Shown here in pieces: positions 50,867 through 59,045 of a stretch of DNA of 64,000 bases. Position numbers and translations under genes: made by a program. The DNA lies in contig JBBTSO010000004.1 in the NCBI GenBank assembly GCA_038064695.1, positions 15,792-79,791 of the forward strand. Reading direction: 5' to 3'. Source of the DNA: Patescibacteria group bacterium. GTDB lineage: Bacteria > Patescibacteriota > Minisyncoccia > Phycocordibacterales > Phycocordibacteraceae. The notes under the pieces were generated by a model, which saw nothing but the letters and a program-made list of their open reading frames with translations, ran no database searches and was not told the DNA's origin. Every line of letters begins with the position of its first letter. Position 1 is the stretch's first letter.

Positions 50867-51073
50867 CTACTGAGTCGGGATTATTTTCTTGTTGTCGTCC
50901 GCTACTGCCCATACAAGTGCAATTACCCAGCCAATAAGTGTCCACCCCAGGAAGAGATTGAGGACGAAGATGGCCCCAGCATTAGACCGACCACGAATAA
51001 TCCCGATACCCGCCGGGAGCATGTAAATGGTGAGGCACAACAGGATGCCGATAATTAGAGTTATTGCTTTCAT
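50867..51073 (-). CDS. superinfection immunity protein (T4 Imm-like family)
   Basis: 68 aa, two TM helices. YMLPAGIGIIRGRSNAGAIFVLNLFLGWTLIGWVIALVWA matches the Imm-superinfection family motif (...NLxLGWTxIGWxxALxWA). Confidence 0.6.
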   Translation of the reverse strand: MKAITLIIGILLCLTIYMLPAGIGIIRGRSNAGAIFVLNLFLGWTLIGWVIALVWAVADDNKKIIPTQ

Positions 51074-51198
51074 GTGTGTTCTATACCTTCCTTTTAAAAA
51101 TTGTCGTAATCAGGTTATCCCCTTATGGACCTTACGGGGTTAGTGTAGCATAAATATCCCATTTTGGGATATCCTCTTTTAGGATACACGCTTAGTGG

Positions 51199-51417
51199 AT
51201 GGACAAATCCATCCACTCAAAGGAATACAAGATAGTTCTTGAGCGTATGAGGAAAGCGCGACTTGAAGCCGGTCTCACACAAGTGCAGGTCGCGAAGAAA
51301 CTGGGCCACCACCAGTCTTACGTATCGAAGATTGAAAGCGGAGAACGTCGTGTTGACGTTATCGAACTGAATAAGTTCGCAAAGCTTTACGGAAAGAGCG
51401 TTAACTACTTCCTCTAG
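51199..51417 (+). CDS. XRE-family helix-turn-helix transcriptional regulator
   Basis: GLTQVQVAKKLGHHQSYVSKIESGER Cro/C1-type HTH; 72 aa. Confidence 0.75.
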   Translation: MDKSIHSKEYKIVLERMRKARLEAGLTQVQVAKKLGHHQSYVSKIESGERRVDVIELNKFAKLYGKSVNYFL

Positions 51418-51423
51418 AGAGAC

Positions 51424-51993
51424 TTAGTAAAAAATGACTCCGCTTCTCTTGAGTTCACTGCGTATCTGTAAATAATCAGGTATCCCTTTCTCGACCCATT
51501 TCCAAAATTTCCGGGAGTGATTGAACTCTTTCAAGTGAGACATCTCGTGCGCGATGATGTAGTCAGAGAGTCGCTGCGGCAAAAGTGCAATTTTGTAGTT
51601 AAAATTTAGGTTGCCTTTCTTTGAGCAACTACCCCAGCGGGTCTTTTGGTTCTTGATGTTAATTTGATTGTAATCGGCCTTATAGATCTTGTTGAAGTGC
51701 TTAACCCGGGCAACAGCGAGAGCCTGCGCACCGTCCTTATATTTTATATAGTCGGACTCGCTATATCGTGCGATTGCCTGACCTTTGAACTGTTTAAAGA
51801 ACGCGATCTTGGAGAAAAGCCACTGGCTCTTCTCTTTAATAAATCGCTCTGCTGTTGATTCCTGAAGATCAAACGGCGTTGTAACAACAATCGTCCCATC
51901 GCAATACACTGCGAGTCGCATTCTACGTGCTCGCTTACTCTTGCGGAGTGTGTAGTCAACTTTACGATTTGCGAGAGTGATTTGCTTCCTCAT
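51424..51993 (-). CDS. DUF45 / M48-like zinc metallohydrolase (YgjP family), RM-associated
   Basis: WGSCS ... HEMSHL motif arrangement. Immediately downstream of hsdR. Confidence 0.7.
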   Translation of the reverse strand: MRKQITLANRKVDYTLRKSKRARRMRLAVYCDGTIVVTTPFDLQESTAERFIKEKSQWLFSKIAFFKQFKGQAIARYSESDYIKYKDGAQALAVARVKHFNKIYKADYNQINIKNQKTRWGSCSKKGNLNFNYKIALLPQRLSDYIIAHEMSHLKEFNHSRKFWKWVEKGIPDYLQIRSELKRSGVIFY

Positions 51994-51994
51994 A

Positions 51995-54901
51995 TCAGAA
52001 TTTCTTAATCACTATGTCGACTAAGCGATTGAGATACTTGTGGAAATCCGCGACCTTTAACTTTCCTTTGTATTCTTTAAGCACAAGCTCCTGAACAATC
52101 CGCTTCACTTCTTTGAGGAATTCGTCACGCTTTGAGGATTCCTGCCATCCCTCATCGAGAACATCTTGAAGCCGGCTGGTCATATCTTTGATGAAATCAC
52201 GAATGACATCCTTATCTCCTTCAACGAATTCTTCTGAGATGACATAGAGGCCGTACTCTTTCAGTGAATAACCAAGCTCTTTTGCCTCGTCTCCCTTTTT
52301 CTTTATGTCTTCAAGAAGCTCCTGGTATCGCTTGATGCGCTCCGATAGATCGATCTGATTTTGTTCAAACTCCTTACGAATAGCGGAGAGCCGCTCACTG
52401 AACTTTTTGTACGCAGGGTTAGTGTCGACGTTTATGGAGATTTCTTGCTTAAGCATCTTCTCCAGGTTAAGCGCCTTCTCTTCATCATCCATCTTATTGA
52501 GCCGCTCCATGACATAAAGGTCATTCACATTGAGCTCCCTAAAGTTCTTAGTGATACCTTCGTAGTCCACGCGCTGCTGAATGAGAAGCTTTACCTTCTC
52601 ACCATACTCAGCAAGAAGCTCAGCGTCGGTCATCTTAGCTCCGTATTCCTTGTCGAATGCAATATAAACGCTCGTAAGCCATTCAAATGCCCGAATATGT
52701 GTCTTCAAAAATGGGTCAGGAGAGAGAATCTCAAACAAGAGCTTGAGACGGGCATACTTCTCACGAAAGAACTTCTGCTTATCGGTGTTCTCCGCAAAGA
52801 TCTTAAGACAGCGGCGCAGGTTTTCAATTGATGGATCCTCAATACTGACTCCTCCAAACACATCCATAGTCTCTTCAAGCACTTCGATAAACTCTTCCTT
52901 GAGCTTGTCGATGTTGATCATTGCAGAATCAACAACGCTCTCATCAAAGTTAAGCGCCTTGTGGAGACTCTTCGTGATGCCGTAGTAGTCGATAACCTTG
53001 CCGGCCCCCTTGTTTGGGTACACACGGTTCGTGCGTGCAATGGCCTGTAGCAAATTGTGATCCCAGAGCGGCTTATCAAGGTACATGACCTGTTCAACTG
53101 GGGCGTCAAAGCCGGTCAAAAGCATGTCACAAACCAGTAGGAACTTGAGAGGACTGTTTGGATCCTTAAACTCATTGATCAACTTCTCCCGCTTCGCTTT
53201 AGTAGTGTTGTACTTCTGGAGATCCTCAGCGCTTGTATTTGGGTCGCCTGGGGAATAAATGACGGCCGACCACTCCTTGGGCACAAGTTCGTCTAGCAAT
53301 TCTTTGTATCTCGCTGTCGCCTCACGGTCATAGCAGACAATCTGTGCTTTGAAACCAGCGGGTTCAACGTACAGTTTGTAGTGCTCGACAATATCTTGTG
53401 CAACAGCACGCATACGTCTATCGAGCTTTACGATCGCTTCTTTCTTCCCATATTTCTTTGCAACCTGGTCTTTCTCTTTGTCCGAAAGTCCCTGGGTTAG
53501 TTCTTCAAATTGCTTATCTATTTTCTCTTCATCAATAAAGAACTTTGAGAGTCGTGCTTCGTAAGTAACCGGGAGCGTGGCCCCATCCTCAACGGCTTGC
53601 TGAATCGAGTAATAGTCTAAGTAGCGCTCTCCCTCCTCCCCGAAGTTGCGATGGGTATTAAGTGTAGCTTTATCGATAGGCGTACCGGTAAAACCAAAGA
53701 AGAAAGCGTTCTTCAGAGAACTGCGGAGATTGATTGCAGAAACACCTTCGTTGTCTCTATGAGCCTCGTCTGAAAGAACGATAATGTTCTCGTCGAGATT
53801 CTCTATTTCATTTCCAAGCTCAGAGAATTTCTGAATAGTGGATATAAAGATGCCACGCTCAGGTGATTGTATTTTCTTCTCGAGCTCTTTGCGCGAATCA
53901 ACACGGACGACATTCTTACCTCCGCAGTTTACAAAAGTCTCATAGATCTGATCATCAAGGTCAATGCGGTCAACCAGAATAAATATCTTCGGATTCTTAA
54001 GTGCTTTATCAAAACGTAGCTTCCACGCAGTAAAGAACATCGTTAAGGACTTACCGGACCCCTGGGTGTGCCAAATAAGACCGCGCTTCTGGCTGCCTTC
54101 TGCCACTCGCTCGACAATCTTGTTTGTCGCTCGAAGTTGCTGATACCGTGCAATTTTCTTTACAGTGCGTTCCTTCTCCTTTTCGAAAAGAATAAAGTTC
54201 CTCACAATATCCAGTAAGCGTTCTTTTGAGAGTAGCGCCGTGAGAGTCATTTCCAATTCGCCACCGGCCAGCTTTTCAAGCTCCTCGTCACGCCATCGCA
54301 AGAAATACTGTGCAGGGGCATACGTAGCCCCGTACACAGTCTGTAGACCGTCAGTAGCGATATTGAAACAGTTCGGCCAGAACAGTTTGAATGCATTGCG
54401 CTCATAGCGCTTTATCTGCCCAACAGCGTTTGTATAGTTCACATTGCTTGCGGCAGTGGGACTCTTAGCCTCTACATCCACCACCGGGAGACCATTTAGG
54501 AAAACCATTACATCCGGGCGAATGTTCTCGGAATTTCCCTCAAAATAGAATTGATTGGTTACAACAAACCGATTATTGTCAGGTGTTTCAAAGTCGACGA
54601 CATAGTAGTCCCGCATTTTGCCGGTCTGAGGATCCTTCAAGTTGACGCCATCTCGAAGCATTTGAAGAAATGCTTCGTTGTTATCTATCTTCTTCACTTC
54701 GCGAACGACTGATACAGCTTCGTCTTCACCTATTCCGTTAATTTTCTTCACTGCTTCAAGAAGAAGCGGAGTGATTATGTATTCATTCTCAAACTCGCGG
54801 AGCTTGGTGAACTCCTGTGGCTTGATGTATTCGAAACTAAGCTTCTCTTGGAGAAACTTAATGACGTGATTTTCTACTGTATATTGTTCGTTGAATTTCA
54901 T
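51995..54901 (-). CDS. hsdR: type I restriction enzyme R subunit
   Basis: 968 aa. SF2 translocase motifs (TQGSGKS Walker A, VLSDEAHR DEAH box), N-terminal nuclease region, C-terminal helical domain. Confidence 0.9.
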   Translation of the reverse strand: MKFNEQYTVENHVIKFLQEKLSFEYIKPQEFTKLREFENEYIITPLLLEAVKKINGIGEDEAVSVVREVKKIDNNEAFLQMLRDGVNLKDPQTGKMRDYYVVDFETPDNNRFVVTNQFYFEGNSENIRPDVMVFLNGLPVVDVEAKSPTAASNVNYTNAVGQIKRYERNAFKLFWPNCFNIATDGLQTVYGATYAPAQYFLRWRDEELEKLAGGELEMTLTALLSKERLLDIVRNFILFEKEKERTVKKIARYQQLRATNKIVERVAEGSQKRGLIWHTQGSGKSLTMFFTAWKLRFDKALKNPKIFILVDRIDLDDQIYETFVNCGGKNVVRVDSRKELEKKIQSPERGIFISTIQKFSELGNEIENLDENIIVLSDEAHRDNEGVSAINLRSSLKNAFFFGFTGTPIDKATLNTHRNFGEEGERYLDYYSIQQAVEDGATLPVTYEARLSKFFIDEEKIDKQFEELTQGLSDKEKDQVAKKYGKKEAIVKLDRRMRAVAQDIVEHYKLYVEPAGFKAQIVCYDREATARYKELLDELVPKEWSAVIYSPGDPNTSAEDLQKYNTTKAKREKLINEFKDPNSPLKFLLVCDMLLTGFDAPVEQVMYLDKPLWDHNLLQAIARTNRVYPNKGAGKVIDYYGITKSLHKALNFDESVVDSAMINIDKLKEEFIEVLEETMDVFGGVSIEDPSIENLRRCLKIFAENTDKQKFFREKYARLKLLFEILSPDPFLKTHIRAFEWLTSVYIAFDKEYGAKMTDAELLAEYGEKVKLLIQQRVDYEGITKNFRELNVNDLYVMERLNKMDDEEKALNLEKMLKQEISINVDTNPAYKKFSERLSAIRKEFEQNQIDLSERIKRYQELLEDIKKKGDEAKELGYSLKEYGLYVISEEFVEGDKDVIRDFIKDMTSRLQDVLDEGWQESSKRDEFLKEVKRIVQELVLKEYKGKLKVADFHKYLNRLVDIVIKKF

Positions 54902-56061
54902 GATTCTAGATCTATTTGCAGATTCGTAAGTGCCGCTTGGTACTCCTGTGCCCTTGTAATTATTGCCGTCGCAGTAGATTCCGCTTCATCGTTTCCAACA
55001 CCTACGCGAATCAGTTCATTGCTTAGGTCTACCTGATTGACATTTGCGAAGCCAAGCACCGCTCTAACAGAAAGATTTTCTTTGATAGAATCTTGCTCTG
55101 AGGCAATTAAGAGTTTAGAGGCTTGCGATACTCCGTGAAGCAAGAAAGAAACATCTTGTTTACTGATGACTTTTTTAATTCGGACCTTTAACTCCTCCTC
55201 ATTTACCTCTTCAGAAACGTTGGTACCACTGAATATCTGACGATTAATATCTTCGTTGCTAGCCACCTCTCCCAGGCCGAGACGATCGCCACTTACAAAA
55301 CCGATGTTTGTGACATTCATATTTGTCTGGGTCAGAAGAAAGTTAATCATGAGGTACCCCTGGTCTCGGTAATTAATATCTTTCAGCCGCTCATACTGTG
55401 CTTTATCGGCCTGTTCTAGCTTAGTTAAAAATTCTGCCCATTCTTTGTCGCGAATTTTGTCGAGATGGTACATCAAGAATTTCTTAAACTCTTTTATATC
55501 CTTCAGCTTTTCCTCTTTAAGGTTGTTTTTGTTTATCAGGAAGCACGCTGAACGTTTGCCAAGCCGGGCAAAGCCGAGATCTTTCAGAAAGACCGGGTAC
55601 AGTCTGTTTGGTTGTGTTTCAAAATCTGGTATTGCAAGAGAGCGAACCAATCTACCTAGAGACGCACTATATACAAAGAGTGTGTAGTAGCCGGATGTAG
55701 TTGCTAAAGCAAAGAGGTCTTTTTCGCGCACTTCACTCTCTGCAAGGAGTTTGTTCAGAAGACCAAGCGCCTTCTGTCGTTCAGCGCGATCCGCGAAATA
55801 TTCTTTTTGCTCTTTCGCAAGTTTATCAAGATCTTCCTTCGTTTGCGTCGCCGTTTCAGCAACTGAATCAATTTTTGCGTCTGATAGATCCTGGTTTTTA
55901 TCCTCCTGGTACTTCTGATAAAAGCCATGCGATATGTCAACGACAAAGTAAAGAAGAAAAAGTACCGGGCTTTTCAATATCACTACAGCAAAAGCCCCGA
56001 GAGCTTTGAGGCCCAGGAGTTTATATTCAAGCAGCCGTTCTATTTCTTTCTTGGTAATCAT
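54898..56061 (-). CDS. uncharacterised membrane-anchored coiled-coil protein embedded between hsdS and hsdR
   Basis: 4-nt overlaps at both ends (56058-56061, 54898-54901). N-terminal hydrophobic segment LGLKALGAFAVVILKSPVLFLLYFVV. No Walker motifs and no recognisable nuclease or methylase motifs. Confidence 0.5.
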   Translation of the reverse strand: MITKKEIERLLEYKLLGLKALGAFAVVILKSPVLFLLYFVVDISHGFYQKYQEDKNQDLSDAKIDSVAETATQTKEDLDKLAKEQKEYFADRAERQKALGLLNKLLAESEVREKDLFALATTSGYYTLFVYSASLGRLVRSLAIPDFETQPNRLYPVFLKDLGFARLGKRSACFLINKNNLKEEKLKDIKEFKKFLMYHLDKIRDKEWAEFLTKLEQADKAQYERLKDINYRDQGYLMINFLLTQTNMNVTNIGFVSGDRLGLGEVASNEDINRQIFSGTNVSEEVNEEELKVRIKKVISKQDVSFLLHGVSQASKLLIASEQDSIKENLSVRAVLGFANVNQVDLSNELIRVGVGNDEAESTATAIITRAQEYQAALTNLQIDLES

Positions 56062-57239
56062 GGTGTTTTTACTCTCACCGATCCTGTCAGCAGGTCTTGC
56101 ATGAGACCCTTCTTAAGTAGAAAAAGCTTGCCCTTCAATTTTTGATTGATGGAGATTTTTTCATCGACCGAAGTGAGAATGTTGGCAATTTCTTTTTGTT
56201 CACTGACAGAAGGGCGAGATATGTACATCTCACGAATAACAGTTTGGGATATGTTTGGTTGTGCAGCGCCCCGGGCTTTAGAAATTAGTTCTTCAGTCTT
56301 ATTGGAAAGAAAATAATACACAAACTCTGGATTGAAGTGTTCGCTAGGCAAAACTCCACAAACCGCCTGGTTGGTTGAAGCATTAATCGATAAAAATCCA
56401 ACTTGCCCCGCCGTTGCCCCATACATTGCAACAAGAACAGTACTTTTGGGGAATATTTTTGCAGATGAGTTTTTAAGGCCAGCATTTGTAATATATTGAG
56501 TGGCATTATAAACACGTCCTTGTCGTACCTCACCGCTCGTTAACCAAGGGATAGTGCCGCCCTCGTAGTATTCTTTTTTACTCTTGAGTGGAGTGCCACC
56601 GGAAGAGGTGTCGAGGACATCACCAAGCTTTTTGACGTCCCACGTACTTGGTACTTCTCCGATTTCTGTTCTCTTAAATTTCGTATGTCCGATACCACGC
56701 GTAAATAGCTGCTGCATTAGCCCGCCCTTGAGTTTCTCGGTCGCAGTAATGATCTCATCAGTTTTCTGAATCTCTTCATCAACCACACTCAAGATCTCCG
56801 CGATTTTCTTTTGTTCAGAGTGTGGAGGAACAAGAACCTCCATGTTTTGATATTGAGAAATGTAATATCGTTTATGACTTCCCGTCGGAAAGTTGATTGA
56901 CTTCATTTTCTCGTAGACAAACTGAAGGTCGACATCGGCACCCCTTTCCTTGAGAATTTTTATTGCCGACGACTTAACCTTAAACGGAAAATCTGCGAAC
57001 TTGCTGTCGGTTGTAAAATCATCAAAAATTATTGCCGGCAAATTTGTATAAATACCGTCTTTCTCATCCGTATAACCGAGAACAAAAGACTTGTTTGCAG
57101 TAAGAACTGGCGTGCCGGCTTTTATATATCGATTGTTCTCGACTATGTATCTGTCGGGACGTTCATAACCCAGCAGATCCTTAATCTGTCTTACTTGCCA
57201 CCCTTTCGGAATATTCTTTTTTGGCGCAGTTTTTGTCAT
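56058..57239 (-). CDS. hsdS: type I restriction-modification specificity subunit
   Basis: Two target-recognition domains separated and flanked by conserved coiled-coil repeats; 393 aa. Confidence 0.85.
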   Translation of the reverse strand: MTKTAPKKNIPKGWQVRQIKDLLGYERPDRYIVENNRYIKAGTPVLTANKSFVLGYTDEKDGIYTNLPAIIFDDFTTDSKFADFPFKVKSSAIKILKERGADVDLQFVYEKMKSINFPTGSHKRYYISQYQNMEVLVPPHSEQKKIAEILSVVDEEIQKTDEIITATEKLKGGLMQQLFTRGIGHTKFKRTEIGEVPSTWDVKKLGDVLDTSSGGTPLKSKKEYYEGGTIPWLTSGEVRQGRVYNATQYITNAGLKNSSAKIFPKSTVLVAMYGATAGQVGFLSINASTNQAVCGVLPSEHFNPEFVYYFLSNKTEELISKARGAAQPNISQTVIREMYISRPSVSEQKEIANILTSVDEKISINQKLKGKLFLLKKGLMQDLLTGSVRVKTP

Positions 57240-59041
57240 TTTCTAAATTCGATCTCAGTAAAAAGCGCAGCGATATTTTTCTTGGTCGTATCGCTCAAAG
57301 TCACTGACCCAGCACGCACCTTCTGGAGAAACTTGCGCGCGAGCAATACCTTGTCGGGACGCGACTTGAGACCTTTGATGTACTCGGAGTTTGAGGATGT
57401 GTATGCGAGCTTTGTATCCTCAAGAACATATTCCTTGAAATCTTCAACACTGAAGATGTCAACAATAGTTGTTCCGTCCTTTTTGGTGACCACTTTTATA
57501 GCTTCTGGAAGCACTTTCCAATCCTTCAACCTCTTCTCGCCATCCTTCTTACCTTGGTCGTTGTCATAGAGGTAACGAACGTTGGCACCCCAGCCCTCAA
57601 GAACCGCACCGACGAGGCCCATGTTCGGTGCACCGCCGCCATTGATGAAGTTCGTTTTGAGAGTCTTTTTCTCAAGCTCCTTGAAAGCTCGGAGATAGAA
57701 CACGTCTTCCGGCCCTTCGACTACAACGTTATCCTTTTGATCAAGGTTTGTAATTGAGTCGTTAATGCCGAGACCAATAGCGGTGAGAATAGGCGTAAGT
57801 GTTTCTTTGTCTGCAGTCGGATGAGCGTGTATTTTGCCGAGTATCTTTGTGCCTTTCGCTGTCTTTTCGATCAATCGAACATTTTCAAGGTTATCCTCGG
57901 TAAGGAGATACGGGGAGTGCGTCGAGAAGACAACAGGGTTATCGTTCGTGTGCTCCGTGAGGACCTGTAACAGGTCCTTCTGGGCTTTGGCATGCAGATA
58001 GAGGCCCGGCTCGTCGATTAGGATGACGTTCGGCTTGTCTTCCTGAAGCCGCGCGACGATTTTTACATAGAATGATAGGTACCACTGCTGACCCTTGCTC
58101 CGTTGCGAGGGGTAGTAGAGCTTATTACTCTCGACGATCCAGAAGTTAATGTCCGTACCGTCTTTTTTGACCTCCAATTTTATTTTGTCCTGCGTCCAAT
58201 ATTTCTCAAATTTGTCAGAAAATTCAACGTTCACGGTCTTCTCGTGATTTGCCTGCTCCTGCTGGTTCGTTGATGCCATCTTTGCGATGGAAAAGTTGCT
58301 GACCTGTTCAAGATCTTTCGCCCAGTCATTTGTTGCAAGTGAAGCAATGGGAATTGATTTCGGGAATTCGTCGTCGAAGGACGAGAAGAGAACGAAGTAA
58401 GGAAGTTGAGTCTCAACGAATTTGCTGATGAAAGCAGTTACCACACTCTCTCGCGCATAAAAGTCGTCAGCGGCCTTGCCAATCTTCTCGACCTCACTTG
58501 CCACATCTGTTAACCCCGGATTCTGGTTCTTAAAAGTCTCCGCTTCGGCTTTATAGTCGCTGAGTTTTTGCTTCTCGAAGCGTGGGAATTTTGCGTCACT
58601 GCCAGCAGTCTTAATGAGAGAGTCGGCCTTCTTCATCGAATCGAGAATCTGTTTTTTTGATGTGCTGTATATATTTGGCAGACTAAGCAGTTTTCGTGAT
58701 TCATCATCAAACGTGTATGTATCCGCACCAAATTTCTTCGTGAGGGTAATGAGTGTATCCTTGGAGACTGTTGTTCCGGCCGCTGCCTCGTCAAGGAGAT
58801 CATTTATTTCCTCTTTCGTGAGAGTAAAGGAGATCGAGACTTCAGGAATCCCGTCTCCTTCGATTGGTTTTGCCTCTCCTCTGATTGCTCGGCTTTGATG
58901 GAAGTCTTCCAGTGCTTCGAGCACAGAAGTTTTCCCAGACTCGTTTTTGCCAGCAAGAATGGTTAGTTTTTCACTGAAATAACAATCACCGGAGTCCACG
59001 ATGGATTTGTAGTTTTTGATTCTGAATTTCGTAAGTTTCAT
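57236..59041 (-). CDS. OLD-family ATP-dependent endonuclease (ABC-type ATPase + Toprim) embedded between hsdM and hsdS
   Basis: N-terminal Walker A ILAGKNESGKTSVLEAL; Walker B/D-loop LIDEPGLYLH; C-terminal Toprim-like VVVEGPEDVFYLRAF and YLYDNDQGK (DxD). ATG at 59041 lies 4 nt after the hsdM stop; the longer track ORF extends into hsdM. Confidence 0.65.
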   Translation of the reverse strand: MKLTKFRIKNYKSIVDSGDCYFSEKLTILAGKNESGKTSVLEALEDFHQSRAIRGEAKPIEGDGIPEVSISFTLTKEEINDLLDEAAAGTTVSKDTLITLTKKFGADTYTFDDESRKLLSLPNIYSTSKKQILDSMKKADSLIKTAGSDAKFPRFEKQKLSDYKAEAETFKNQNPGLTDVASEVEKIGKAADDFYARESVVTAFISKFVETQLPYFVLFSSFDDEFPKSIPIASLATNDWAKDLEQVSNFSIAKMASTNQQEQANHEKTVNVEFSDKFEKYWTQDKIKLEVKKDGTDINFWIVESNKLYYPSQRSKGQQWYLSFYVKIVARLQEDKPNVILIDEPGLYLHAKAQKDLLQVLTEHTNDNPVVFSTHSPYLLTEDNLENVRLIEKTAKGTKILGKIHAHPTADKETLTPILTAIGLGINDSITNLDQKDNVVVEGPEDVFYLRAFKELEKKTLKTNFINGGGAPNMGLVGAVLEGWGANVRYLYDNDQGKKDGEKRLKDWKVLPEAIKVVTKKDGTTIVDIFSVEDFKEYVLEDTKLAYTSSNSEYIKGLKSRPDKVLLARKFLQKVRAGSVTLSDTTKKNIAALFTEIEFRK

Positions 59042-59045
59042 AATT

